Origin: Clostridia bacterium
GTDB lineage: Bacteria > Bacillota > Clostridia > UMGS1883
Length of the DNA stretch: 64,000 nt
Direction of reading: 5' to 3'
Assembly (NCBI GenBank): GCA_017440585.1
Contig: JAFSGW010000008.1
Coordinates: 3,976-67,975, forward strand
Shown here: in pieces, positions 55,397 to 64,000 of the stretch
How positions within the stretch are numbered: the first letter of the stretch is position 1
Layout: every line of letters begins with the position of its first letter
The notes under the pieces: model-generated
The model's input: only the letters and a program-made list of their open reading frames with translations
Databases searched by the model: none
Told to the model about the DNA's origin: nothing
Position numbers and translations under genes: made by a program

Positions 55397-55407
55397 AAAA
55401 TATAAAA

Positions 55408-55437
55408 AATACGCTGTCACAGACAGCGTATTTTTTT
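55408..55437 (+). terminator. rho-independent terminator, copy 1 of a duplicated 30-nt element AATACGCTGTCACAGACAGCGTATTTTTTT
   Basis: ACGCTGTC-ACAG-ACAGCGT hairpin plus T7, right after the glnQ-like stop. Confidence 0.85.
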
Positions 55438-55667
55438 CAGGCTGTCGATAAACCTGAAATTTTGCATAATCGCGAAGGGCTCGGGGAAGAAGGTTCCCCG
55501 AATAAAATCGGAGGGGCAATCGCATTGCTCCTCCGAAAGTGCCGATTTTAGGGGGCTCGCAAGCCCCTTGCACGAGAAATTGGCACTTTGTTCCTCGGAA
55601 AAATATTAACAAAAAATATTGCTCTCAGCAAGATTTTTTGTTGCGTGTCGACTTTTCGACACGCTCA
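55438..55667 (+). other. highly structured ~230-nt non-coding segment between the duplicated terminators (candidate sRNA or miniature insertion)
   Basis: Serial hairpins GGGGAAGAAGGTTCCCC, AAAATCGGAGGGGCAATCGCATTGCTCCTCCGAAAGTGCCGATTTT, GGGGGCTCGCAAGCCCC and GCGTGTCGACTTTTCGACACGC. The only ORFs are overlapping ones of 90 aa or less on both strands. Confidence 0.5.
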
Positions 55668-55697
55668 AATACGCTGTCACAGACAGCGTATTTTTTT
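55668..55697 (+). terminator. rho-independent terminator, copy 2 of the duplicated 30-nt element
   Basis: Identical 30-mer to 55408..55437. Confidence 0.8.
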
Positions 55698-55701
55698 GTG
55701 C

Positions 55702-57072
55702 TTAATATTCATACAGTTTCATTGCTGAGGATATGTCGAGGTACCAGTTGTCATTCTTTTTTACGAAGATAACCTCAATTGTTTCATACCAGTTTTCGTC
55801 ACCATTTACAAAGTTAATGCTTATTTCAGCCTTTGCGGCATTGTCGCAGGGGTAGGTGAGGCTTTCTGAATCGATATATACCAAAGAATCAAGGGAGAAG
55901 GTTTCATCTGCATGCTCAAACTCTCCGGTAAGCACTTTGGAAATGTTCGTAAATTCCAGATTAAGCTGTGCATTTGTTTTATGAGAAAATGCCGCCTTAT
56001 AATCATCAGGATGGACTAATGCGAATGCCTTTTTTGCCTGAGCGGCTGTGAGGGCACTCACAAAAGCCTTTACCTGGGTATTTATCATTGTAGAGTCTGC
56101 ATTTGTACCGATGTACTTTTCGTTTTCACCAAGAGGCTTGTCGGGAAAAGGGGTGATGGGAAATTCAAAGTCCTCGCCATAGCTTAAAGGTGCGGTGACG
56201 GTAAAGCTCTGATTAAGGATAACACCGCCGTAGGAGGCATTGGCATAAAAATTCATTGTGATTGATTTTATATAGCCACCCTTTGTGGAGAGGTATATAT
56301 ATAAGGAAGAATAGTCAGTAGGAGTTTGCTGCATTGTAAGCTTTTCCTGCAAAAGCTGGTCGGAAATGAACTTTGTTGAAGGCACAACCATAAAATACTT
56401 GCCGCTTCCGAGATATGCGACATATTCCGTATAATTATCGGGAAGGATGGTTGAAAGGGTAAAGCCCGTGAGAGAATATTTTACATCTGCCGAGTTTTCC
56501 TTTTCGGAAAAAACCGTGCCGTTTACACTTCCCGTGGCATTTACTGTAAGGTTCACATCAATACCTGAAAGAGAGGCGGTGTTTTTAATGCTGTCTGCAA
56601 GGTAGGAAAGAGCACTTTCCGATGCTTTTGTTGTGAGGGAGGCTGTCTGTGTGAGGTTATCCCAGTAAACCTTTTTGCCGAAAAGCTCACCTATGCTTCG
56701 CAGGGGAAGAAAGGTTGTGCCCTCACGGAGAATGGGGTATATGCGGTTGCCGTTTGAGTCATTACATATAAATTCCTCACCGTTATAATAAATGTTGATT
56801 TCGTCCCCGGGTTCGGGTGAGCCGCCCTCTTTGCCAAGGTGAACCGTTTTTGTTTCCTGGTCCCAGGAAACGTTTACATTGAAAGCAGTTGCAATTGCCC
56901 TTACGGGAGCATAGGTTGCACCCTCATGAACAAAGGGTTCTACCAAAGCACCGTTTGTGTCATAGCACAGAAGGCTTTCACCGTCAATTAAGATGTTACA
57001 TTCCGCATTGGCAAGAGTGGGTATTAATAATATTAAAATTGTTACAAAAATAATTGCAGAGAGACGTTTCAT
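55702..57072 (-). CDS. secreted protein with two copper-amine-oxidase N-terminal-like (stalk) domains and an uncharacterised C-terminal domain
   Basis: Signal peptide. Repeated LIDGESLLCYDTNGALVEPFVHEGATYAPVRAIATAFNVNVSWD and FICNDSNGNRIYPILREGTTFLPLRSIGELFGKKVYWD motifs. Start at the internal ATG 57072. Confidence 0.65.
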   Translation of the reverse strand: MKRLSAIIFVTILILLIPTLANAECNILIDGESLLCYDTNGALVEPFVHEGATYAPVRAIATAFNVNVSWDQETKTVHLGKEGGSPEPGDEINIYYNGEEFICNDSNGNRIYPILREGTTFLPLRSIGELFGKKVYWDNLTQTASLTTKASESALSYLADSIKNTASLSGIDVNLTVNATGSVNGTVFSEKENSADVKYSLTGFTLSTILPDNYTEYVAYLGSGKYFMVVPSTKFISDQLLQEKLTMQQTPTDYSSLYIYLSTKGGYIKSITMNFYANASYGGVILNQSFTVTAPLSYGEDFEFPITPFPDKPLGENEKYIGTNADSTMINTQVKAFVSALTAAQAKKAFALVHPDDYKAAFSHKTNAQLNLEFTNISKVLTGEFEHADETFSLDSLVYIDSESLTYPCDNAAKAEISINFVNGDENWYETIEVIFVKKNDNWYLDISSAMKLYEY

Positions 57073-57318
57073 ATTTTTTACTCCCATGTTAATATTTTTT
57101 AATAAGTCTGCATATATTAAAAAAGCTTTGTCAGTACGCGTAAAGAAAAGGGTTTTTGACGAAATTTCACGCTCTGTGTAACATTATATCACAAAAATGT
57201 GCACAATGCAATTGCTAAAAACGGGGTAAAAGCTACCCCAAAAGGCAGCTTTTGGTGCAAAAAAGTGTTAAAAAATTAAACAAATGTTACAAAATTATCA
57301 CAAAAGTGCGAAAAAGTA

Positions 57319-57348
57319 TTGACAAAGCACCTCAAAATGAATATAATG
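57319..57348 (+). promoter_or_regulatory. promoter TTGACA-18-TATAAT upstream of the yabE-like gene
   Basis: Consensus hexamers, leaving a ~110-nt 5' leader. Confidence 0.6.
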
Positions 57349-57354
57349 CCTATT

Positions 57355-57464
57355 GCGATCAAAGTCGACCATTGCGAGGAACAAAAATTTATCTATGTTC
57401 GGCAGCTAAATCAAGGGAGCCGCAGAGTATCAGGGAAAACGGCAAACGGAAATGAGGTTAGATT
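57355..57464 (+). promoter_or_regulatory. long 5' leader of the yabE-like gene; possible c-di-AMP (ydaO-type) riboswitch-like element
   Basis: Leader contains the direct repeat CATTGCGA(GGAAC) and AATCAAGGGAGCC, loosely resembling ydaO-motif half-sites (ACGAGGAAUCCGGGGAACC). ydaO leaders commonly precede 3D/G5 cell-wall-hydrolase genes. The leader is short for a full aptamer. Confidence 0.3.
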
Positions 57465-58439
57465 ATGAAAGAATTTATGAAAAAGAGTATGGCAGCAAAA
57501 AAGAGAATTATGGCATTTGTGCTTTGTGCACTTATGGCAGTGAGCATTTTCACAGCTGCTGTAGAGGATAACTCGGTAATTATTTCTGTAAACTATGACG
57601 GTGTTGAATACAGCTATTTTACATTTGCAGAAACAGTTGGAGAATTTCTTGAAATTGAAGGCATTCAGGTTAAGGCTAATGACTACATGAGCCATGCCAA
57701 GACGGCTTTGATAGAAGATGGCATGACAATTGTGGTTAACGTAGCAAAGTACGTTACAGTACATGACGACTTGGAAACCTACGGTGCCATTACTTACGAA
57801 ACAACAGTTGAAGGCGTGCTTAGTGAGTTCGGTGCTCCTTTGGAAGGCAGAGACTCTTCCTTCCCTGAAAAGGACGAAAGAATTTACGATGGTATAAAAA
57901 TTACCGTATCAAGAGCAAAGCTTATTACATTTACACGTGACGGTGAAGAGCTTCAGTACTACACATATAACAACACAGTAGGCGAGTTTTTAGATGAAAT
58001 GGGTGTTGTATGCGAAGACGACGAAAAGGTTGTTCCCGGCGTTGAGGAGCTTCTTACAGACGGCATGACAGTTGCTGTTAAGCCTAAGGTTGAGGCAATG
58101 TCTGCAATGGACTTTGGCTTGGACCTTTCCCAGGCAAAGAGAGTTATTACATGTGAAGCTACAGCATACACATCTGCAGCAGATGAGTGCGGTAAGTCCG
58201 ACGGTATCACAGCTTCCGGCATGATGTTTGAGGTTGGCGTTGTTGCAGTTGACCGCAGACAGATTCCTTTGGGAACAAAGCTTTACATTGAATCCTTGGA
58301 CGGCAAGTATGTTTACGGCTATTGTATCGCAGCTGACACAGGCGGAGCAATCAAGGGCAACAAGGTTGACCTTGCTATGAACACAAAGAGCGAATGCTTC
58401 CAGTTCGGCAGAAGAAACGTACGCGTGTATATCTTTTAA
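57465..58439 (+). CDS. YabE-like 3D-domain protein (DUF348 repeats + G5 + C-terminal 3D domain)
   Basis: N-terminal TM and two DUF348-like repeats (YSYFTFAETVGEFLEIEGIQV, LQYYTYNNTVGEFLDEMGVV). C-terminal 3D domain (TASGMMFEVGVVAVDRRQIPLGTKLYIESLDGKYVYGYCIAADTGGAIKGNKVDLAM). Confidence 0.8.
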   Translation: MKEFMKKSMAAKKRIMAFVLCALMAVSIFTAAVEDNSVIISVNYDGVEYSYFTFAETVGEFLEIEGIQVKANDYMSHAKTALIEDGMTIVVNVAKYVTVHDDLETYGAITYETTVEGVLSEFGAPLEGRDSSFPEKDERIYDGIKITVSRAKLITFTRDGEELQYYTYNNTVGEFLDEMGVVCEDDEKVVPGVEELLTDGMTVAVKPKVEAMSAMDFGLDLSQAKRVITCEATAYTSAADECGKSDGITASGMMFEVGVVAVDRRQIPLGTKLYIESLDGKYVYGYCIAADTGGAIKGNKVDLAMNTKSECFQFGRRNVRVYIF

Positions 58440-58447
58440 GAAATAAA

Positions 58448-58476
58448 AGTCTCGGATTTTCCGAGACTTTTTCTTT
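58448..58476 (+). terminator. rho-independent terminator
   Basis: AGTCTCGGATTTTCCGAGACT followed by TTTTC. Confidence 0.8.
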
Positions 58477-58523
58477 ACTTTTATGCTCCGAGAGGTTAAA
58501 ATAAAGAGGAGTGAGGTGTGATT

Positions 58524-59381
58524 ATGCTTGATTTAACAAATATTGAAGTAATTAAATACTTATGCAATAAATACGGCTTTAAGTTCTCAAAGGATATGGG
58601 TCAGAACTTTTTAACCGACAGCGAGGTTATTGATGCCATTTCCGCCACAGCGGCAGAGGGCGTTTCCGGTGTGATTGAAATTGGCCCCGGTTTTGGCTGT
58701 CTGACGGCAGCTTTAGGGCAGAGAGCAAAAAAGGTTGTTTCCATAGAGCTTGACAAAAGGCTTGAAAAGGTTCTTAACGAAACCCTCATGGGCTTTGACA
58801 ATATAAAGCTTCATTGGGAAGACTGTATGAAGGCTGATATTAAGAAGATTATTGAAGAAAACTTTGACGGGCAGGTGTCTGTTGCGGCAAATTTACCCTA
58901 TTATATAACAACGCCTATTGTTATGAAGCTTTTGGAGGGCGATTACGGCTTTAAGAAAATTGTTATAATGGTACAGAAGGAGGTTGCAGAGCGTTTTTGT
59001 GCAACCCCCGGCGGAAAGGAATACGGAGCTGTTACCTTAGGGGTGCAGTACAGAGCAGATGCACGTGTTATATGTGAAGTGGGAAAGGAGAAGTTTGTTC
59101 CCTCGCCAAAGGTTGACAGTGCGGTTATCGAAATGACCATACGTGAAACGCCTCCTGTTATGCCTAAGGATGAAAAAATGTTCTTTCGTGTTATTAAGGC
59201 GGCATTTGCACAGAGAAGAAAAACCCTTGTAAATTCACTTTGCAATGCAGGGTGCTTTGGAAGTAAGGAAAGCATAACGGCGGCTGTTGAAAAGATAGGA
59301 AAAGATGCAAATATACGAGGCGAAAAGCTTTCCATGGAGGACTTTTGTGCATTAGCTGATATATTTTCCGAAAGCCTTTGA
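58524..59381 (+). CDS. rsmA: 16S rRNA (adenine1518/1519-N6)-dimethyltransferase
   Basis: GQNFLTD, VIEIGPGFGCLT SAM motif and NLPYYITTP, canonical for KsgA/RsmA. Confidence 0.9.
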   Translation: MLDLTNIEVIKYLCNKYGFKFSKDMGQNFLTDSEVIDAISATAAEGVSGVIEIGPGFGCLTAALGQRAKKVVSIELDKRLEKVLNETLMGFDNIKLHWEDCMKADIKKIIEENFDGQVSVAANLPYYITTPIVMKLLEGDYGFKKIVIMVQKEVAERFCATPGGKEYGAVTLGVQYRADARVICEVGKEKFVPSPKVDSAVIEMTIRETPPVMPKDEKMFFRVIKAAFAQRRKTLVNSLCNAGCFGSKESITAAVEKIGKDANIRGEKLSMEDFCALADIFSESL

Positions 59382-59726
59382 AAAAAGGGCAACGGGAAGG
59401 CAGAGGAGTGTCCATAAAATTGTGTAGGGAAGGCATATCTGACCTAAAAGGTTAAAGGGTGCCAATGAATAATTCCACACATTCCAGCCTAAAGACAGAT
59501 TGACAATACAGCCAGTAAGAAATTCGGCGACGGTTATTATACCGCCGCCGATTATTGCTTTTAATAAAAGCGGTGCGGAATTTATACGGTTAAAGGTACA
59601 AAAAAGAATGTAAAGGCATAGCCCGCCAAGTAAAAACATGCTCCAGTGGGTATAGCCACGCCACAGTATTTCAAGAATGCAGTAGAGCATGCCCCCTGAC
59701 GGGAACAGAATAATAAACTTTTTCAT
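59352..59726 (-). CDS. small hydrophobic membrane protein (4 predicted TM helices), unknown function
   Basis: 124-aa ORF rich in hydrophobic segments. Convergent with rsmA, overlapping its end by 30 nt. Confidence 0.5.
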   Translation of the reverse strand: MKKFIILFPSGGMLYCILEILWRGYTHWSMFLLGGLCLYILFCTFNRINSAPLLLKAIIGGGIITVAEFLTGCIVNLSLGWNVWNYSLAPFNLLGQICLPYTILWTLLCLPVALFSKAFGKYIS

Positions 59727-59841
59727 GATTTCCTCCGATATTGTTATCGGAAGATATTATTCCACGAAAATTAATGCTTTATTTATTGAAAACAATGTGT
59801 TATAATATTATTATCTATAATTATATAAAGGTGGATTTAAA

Positions 59842-60138
59842 ATGATAAGACATATAGTGATGTGGAAGTACAAGGCAGAATTGTCCATGGAAGAGAGAAA
59901 GGCACTTTTTGAAAAGCTCACAAAAGCCGCAGAGGACATGAACGGTAACATAAAGGGGCTTATAAAGGCTGAGCTTATTGAAAATGTAAACAGCGAAGAA
60001 AAGTACGACCTGTGCCTTTACTGCGAGTTTGAAACACTTCCGGATATTCACGCCTACCAGGAGGACCCTGTTCACATAGCTTTTAAAAACATAATCGCAG
60101 GCAATGTGTTTGACCGTGCCTGCATTGATGCTATGTAA
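59842..60138 (+). CDS. Dabb-family stress-responsive alpha/beta-barrel protein
   Basis: MIRHIVMWKYKAE...PDIHAYQEDPVHIAFKN is a typical Dabb sequence. Confidence 0.8.
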   Translation: MIRHIVMWKYKAELSMEERKALFEKLTKAAEDMNGNIKGLIKAELIENVNSEEKYDLCLYCEFETLPDIHAYQEDPVHIAFKNIIAGNVFDRACIDAM

Positions 60139-60161
60139 CAGAGGAAGGGAAGGAAAAGCAT

Positions 60162-61148
60162 ATGAAAAAGTTTATTGCAGTAATTCTTTGTGTTATAACT
60201 GCTGTGTGCATGCTGACGGCATGCGGCAATGAAATAGTTGAGCAGGAGGAAAAGAAGGCGGTGCTTTCGGCAACCTCCATGAGCATCCGCATGGGCGAGA
60301 GTGCTCAGCTGAATGTTCTCAATTATGCAGGGGACATAAGATGGTCCAGCTCTGCAAAAAGCATTGCAACGGTTACCAATACGGGTGTTATTGAGGCTGT
60401 GGCCATAGGCAGTGTTGCAGTAACTGCAACTCTTTCCGACGGCAGAACAATGACCTGCGTTGTGGATGTTCAGGCAGGTACCTCTCTTATACAGAGCATA
60501 AGAGTGACAAGCCTTTATTCCGATACAAACGACATTACGGTGAATTATGAAAACGGCAGTACGGTAAACCTTCGTGCAATATGCACACCTGAGGCAAATG
60601 AAAAGCTCACCTGGACCTCATCCGATGAAATGCTTGCAACCGTTGACTCAAACGGTGTTGTAACCGTGTGGGGCAACGGTATTGCCGAAATCAAGGCAAC
60701 AGCCTTAAACGGCATTGAAGGCACCTGCAAGGTGAGAATAAAGAACGTGCCTGCAAATGTAAAGCCTAAGGCTTTGCCCAAAACAGACGGTGAAATACCC
60801 GTTATAGGTGATGACGAAGCCTCGGGCAAGTTTACTTCCCCCGTGCCGGTAACCTCTCCCTCGGCAAAAACAAGCGTTATTGTAAGCGATAAAAACGTGT
60901 ACCTTAAGGTGGGCGAAAGCTTCACTCTTACGTATGCGGTGGGAAATACAAAGGCAGACAGCGTTACATGGATGAGCTCTGACAAGGCTGTGGCTGTTGT
61001 GGCAAAGGGCAGGATTGTTGCCGTAGGCGAGGGCAGAGCAGTTATAAGTGCCGTGACGGAGGACGGAGCAGTTGCAAGCTGTAGCGTTGCCGTGGGCGAA
61101 AAAGAAATAAAGCTCATGAAAAAGGAAGTTTCTGATGCAAAGAAGTGA
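60162..61148 (+). CDS. lipoprotein with bacterial Ig-like (Big_2) domains
   Basis: Lipobox MLTACG. Three Big_2-like repeats (e.g. ...ATVTNTGVIEAVAIGSVAVTATLSDGRTMTCVVDV). Confidence 0.75.
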   Translation: MKKFIAVILCVITAVCMLTACGNEIVEQEEKKAVLSATSMSIRMGESAQLNVLNYAGDIRWSSSAKSIATVTNTGVIEAVAIGSVAVTATLSDGRTMTCVVDVQAGTSLIQSIRVTSLYSDTNDITVNYENGSTVNLRAICTPEANEKLTWTSSDEMLATVDSNGVVTVWGNGIAEIKATALNGIEGTCKVRIKNVPANVKPKALPKTDGEIPVIGDDEASGKFTSPVPVTSPSAKTSVIVSDKNVYLKVGESFTLTYAVGNTKADSVTWMSSDKAVAVVAKGRIVAVGEGRAVISAVTEDGAVASCSVAVGEKEIKLMKKEVSDAKK

Positions 61149-63504
61149 TATTGTGAATTTGGCTGAAAACAACGGATTTATATTTTTAGATGGGGCTATG
61201 GGAACCATGCTCCAGAAAATGGGGCTTGAAAGAGGCGAAAAACCCGAAATTTTTGCCTTCAGAAACCCTGAAGCGGTAATAGGAGTACATAAAAGCTATA
61301 TTGAAAGCGGAAGCGACATTATTTATGCAAACACCTTTGGTGCAAATCGCTTTAAAATGGCAGATGCTGGAAAAAGTGTTGACGAGATAATAAAAAACAG
61401 CGTAAAGCTTGCAAAATGTGCATCCGAAGGAAAAGCAAGGGTTGCTCTTGACGTGGGGCCTCTGGGTGAAATGCTTGAGCCTAACGGCTCTCTTACCTTT
61501 GAAGAGGCATATGATGCCTTCCGTGAGGAAATGATTGCAGGTGAAGAAGCGGGCTGTGACCTTATTGTTATAGAAACAATGACAGACCTTTACGAGGCAA
61601 GGGCGGCAGTCCTTGCGGCAAAAGAAAATACCCGTCTTCCGGTTATTGTTACAATGAGCTTTGAAAAGAACGGAAGAACCTTCTCCGGCTGCAGTGCGGA
61701 GTGTGCGGCAATTACCCTTACTGCACTTGGAGTGGATGCTGTGGGAATAAACTGCTCATTAGGACCCGATGAAATTTATCCCATTGCCAGAAGCATGAGC
61801 GAAAATACTCATTTGCCTGTAGTTGTGAAGGCAAATGCAGGGCTTCCTGACCCTGAGAGCGGTGAATATAACATTTCGGCAGAGGAATTTGCCCGGGCGA
61901 TGAAAAAGTATGCCGACATAGGCGTGAAGCTTGTGGGCGGCTGCTGTGGTACATCACCTGAATTTATAGCGGCTCTTAAGAAGGCATTTGACGGCATGGA
62001 AGGAAAAAAGCCTGAAATAAATAAGAAGAGCGTTGTCTGCACGGCATCTAGGGCTATATATATAGACGGAGTACGTATTATAGGCGAAAGGATTAACCCT
62101 ACGGGCAAAAAGGTTTTAAGAGAAGCTTTAAAGAACAATGATATGGATTATATCCTCTCTACCGCTGTGGCTGAAACCGAAGCAGGCTGTCATATACTTG
62201 ACGTTAATGTGGGTGCACCCGGTATAAACGAAGAGGAAATGATGGCAAAGTGTGTAAAGGCAATTCAGACGGTGACTTCGTTACCTCTGCAGATAGATTC
62301 TACCCTTCCCGGGGCAATAGAGGCGGGGCTCAGGGTATATAACGGTAAGGCAATTGTAAATTCCGTCAATGGTGAGGATAAGGTTCTTGACCAAATATTG
62401 CCGATAGTAAAAAAATACGGTGCCGCTGTTGTGGGGCTTACACTGGATGATAACGGAATCCCCAAAACGTGGCAGGAGAGAGTGGAAATAGCAAGGAAAA
62501 TACTTAAAAAGGCACAGGAGTACGGCATCAAAAAGGAAGATGTTTTTATCGATACTTTGACATTGACTGTTTCCACAGAGCAGGAGGGCATGTACGAAAC
62601 CCTTAAGGCTCTTAGGTTTATACGTGAGGAAATGGGGCTTAAAACCGTATTGGGCGTGTCAAACATTTCCTTTGGCTTGCCGAAAAGACAGACGGTTAAC
62701 TGTGCTTTTCTTACCCTTGCACTGGAGTACGGGCTCACAATGCCCATTTTAAACCCCAATGACGAGGCAATGATGGGTGCGGTGTATGCCTACGGTGCTC
62801 TTTCGGGCAGTGACAAGGACTGCAGAGAGTATACCGAAAAAATGGCAGACAGCGTGCAGGCAGCTGTAACGGAGACGAAGAATGAAACCCTTGAGGGTGC
62901 CGTTATTAAAGGTCTCCGCGGTGAAGCGGCAAAAAAATGCAGTGAGCTTCTTAAAGAGAAGGATGAGCTTACTTTGGTGAATGAGTACCTCATACCTGCA
63001 CTTGACGTGGCAGGGGGAAAATTTGAAAAGGGTGAGTTTTTCCTGCCACAGCTTCTTGGTGCGGCAAATGCGGCAAAGGAAGCCTTTGAGGTTATAAAAA
63101 AATCCCTCGAGGAAAAAGGCTCGGGCGGTGTTAAGAAGGGAAAAATAATTCTTGCCACCGTAAAGGGCGACGTACATGATATAGGTAAGAACATAGTTAA
63201 GGTTATACTTGAAAACTACGGCTATGAGGTTATCGATTTAGGTAAGGACGTGAAAAAAGAGGACGTTGTTGAGTGTGCGAAACGGGAAAATGTGAAGCTT
63301 ATAGGGCTTTCGGCACTTATGACAACTACGCTTAAAAGCATGGAGGAAACAATCTGTCTTATCAGAGAAAGCGGTATTGATGCAAAGGTCATGTGCGGTG
63401 GTGCCGTGCTCACAGAGGATTATGCAAAATCCATAGGTGCAGACTACTATGCCAATGATGCAAAACGGGCTGCGGATATTGCAAAAGAGGTATTCGGTAC
63501 TTGA
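61135..63504 (+). CDS. metH: cobalamin-dependent methionine synthase lacking the C-terminal reactivation domain (Hcy-binding + pterin-binding + B12-binding)
   Basis: S-methyltransferase domain at the N-terminus, pterin-binding central region, and C-terminal B12-binding DxHxxG (GDVHDIGKN) with a Rossmann domain. Ends after the B12 domain. Confidence 0.85.
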   Translation: MQRSDIVNLAENNGFIFLDGAMGTMLQKMGLERGEKPEIFAFRNPEAVIGVHKSYIESGSDIIYANTFGANRFKMADAGKSVDEIIKNSVKLAKCASEGKARVALDVGPLGEMLEPNGSLTFEEAYDAFREEMIAGEEAGCDLIVIETMTDLYEARAAVLAAKENTRLPVIVTMSFEKNGRTFSGCSAECAAITLTALGVDAVGINCSLGPDEIYPIARSMSENTHLPVVVKANAGLPDPESGEYNISAEEFARAMKKYADIGVKLVGGCCGTSPEFIAALKKAFDGMEGKKPEINKKSVVCTASRAIYIDGVRIIGERINPTGKKVLREALKNNDMDYILSTAVAETEAGCHILDVNVGAPGINEEEMMAKCVKAIQTVTSLPLQIDSTLPGAIEAGLRVYNGKAIVNSVNGEDKVLDQILPIVKKYGAAVVGLTLDDNGIPKTWQERVEIARKILKKAQEYGIKKEDVFIDTLTLTVSTEQEGMYETLKALRFIREEMGLKTVLGVSNISFGLPKRQTVNCAFLTLALEYGLTMPILNPNDEAMMGAVYAYGALSGSDKDCREYTEKMADSVQAAVTETKNETLEGAVIKGLRGEAAKKCSELLKEKDELTLVNEYLIPALDVAGGKFEKGEFFLPQLLGAANAAKEAFEVIKKSLEEKGSGGVKKGKIILATVKGDVHDIGKNIVKVILENYGYEVIDLGKDVKKEDVVECAKRENVKLIGLSALMTTTLKSMEETICLIRESGIDAKVMCGGAVLTEDYAKSIGADYYANDAKRAADIAKEVFGT

Positions 63505-63573
63505 CTTGATAGATAAAAAGTATTATTATATAATTATGAGGCTATATGGAAAAAGTTTATAGGAGGAACAGCT

Positions 63574-64000
63574 ATGACAGACAGAATTAAGCGCGCGGCA
63601 GCATATCTGATGGTTGCTATAATGGTCATTGCACTTCTTGCAGGTTGCGGTGAACAGGAAAGCGAATTGGATAATGTTACCGACACAATTATCATCGGTC
63701 ACCACTATATGCAGGAGGATGACCCCAACTGGGTAAGTGAAATTACAGGCGAGGGCGTAATGGACCCCGTTAAGCAGAGAGCTGCTCTTGCTGCACTTGC
63801 AACAGTTAAGGAAAAGCTCGGTGTTGATATTATCTGGAAAAACTGGCCCAGCGGTGTTACACAGGACTGCTTACAGACAGTTCTTGCAGGCGACCCCTAT
63901 TGCCACATTGCTATTTTGTCTAACGGTTTCCAGGGCAGAGTAATGGTGCAGAACGTGCTTCAGCCCCTTGACGAGTTTATGGATATTTTTGAGCCCGAAG
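63574..64000 (+). CDS. extracellular solute-binding lipoprotein, paralog of the 35936 gene (5' part only; runs off the window end)
   Basis: RBS AGGAGG 7 nt before the ATG. Lipobox LLAGCG. Segment IIIGHHYMQEDDPNW...VLAGDPYCHIAIL...VLQPLDEF parallels IRIGTHAQSEDDPYM...VLAGDPYCELAVL...VLQPLDDY of the 35936 protein. Confidence 0.7.
   Translation, partial: MTDRIKRAAAYLMVAIMVIALLAGCGEQESELDNVTDTIIIGHHYMQEDDPNWVSEITGEGVMDPVKQRAALAALATVKEKLGVDIIWKNWPSGVTQDCLQTVLAGDPYCHIAILSNGFQGRVMVQNVLQPLDEFMDIFEPE

Noticed and set aside
55340-55772. ORFs 55340..55612 (-) and 55539..55772 (+)
   Set aside because: They overlap each other within the hairpin-dense segment between the duplicated terminators. There are no RBSs, and the GC-rich palindromes explain the open frames.

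Overview
The window is chromosomal DNA from a spore-forming Firmicute, most likely a Clostridia member. Supporting signs are a SigK fragment, YunB, a LexA/Cheo-box SOS unit with a YneA-like LysM inhibitor, SLH surface protein domains and low-GC codon usage.

The first ~12.46 kb is visibly more AT-rich than the rest. It is the right arm of a skin-like intervening element that splits the sporulation sigma factor gene sigK. A SpoIVCA-like large serine recombinase (10765..12483) ends exactly where the 3' segment of sigK (12483..12821) resumes. SigK homology in the sigK frame continues about 7 codons upstream, into the recombinase 3' end. The 5' half of sigK and the left element end lie upstream of the window.

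The element arm carries:
- a P4/D5-family primase
- an XRE repressor
- an SLH-anchored 874-aa surface protein
- a YDYK-repeat membrane protein
- a Cys-cluster protein
- a cassette-like, promoter-driven two-gene module (1155..3387), bracketed by two near-identical 52-nt hairpin repeats

This module pairs an unknown 418-aa protein with a translationally coupled protein that has a Zn-ribbon and an Mrr-type PD-(D/E)xK nuclease domain. It is the best candidate for an undescribed defence or abortive-infection system.

Downstream core genes include:
- an AEC transporter, aroQ, yunB, ptsH, a GH2 glycosidase, an S58 peptidase, uvrC and a sugar transferase
- lexA with three Cheo boxes and divergent yneA-like gene
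- a maltodextrin-type ABC transporter plus malQ
- the recG-yloV-asp23 cluster and an SbcD/SbcC-like pair whose ATPase has a membrane hairpin
- a large carbohydrate-capture locus: two SBP-type proteins (one a TM-anchored CBM-SBP fusion), four permeases, an NHL/TPR protein, a Yip1 protein and a 949-aa protein
- a lipase, a NUDIX hydrolase, a PNPOx-like protein, an amino-acid ABC transporter, a yabE-like 3D-domain gene with a long leader, rsmA and a MetH that lacks the activation domain

Several non-coding features stand out:
- a GCGATAT/ATATCGC repeat array
- a duplicated 30-nt terminator flanking a structured ~230-nt segment
- an ORF-free 380-nt leader ahead of the ABC transporter
- a recurrent AATGAG stop-codon motif in front of terminators

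Hand-counted coordinates of non-coding features may be off by 1-2 nt. CDS starts are derived from the ORF-track frames.
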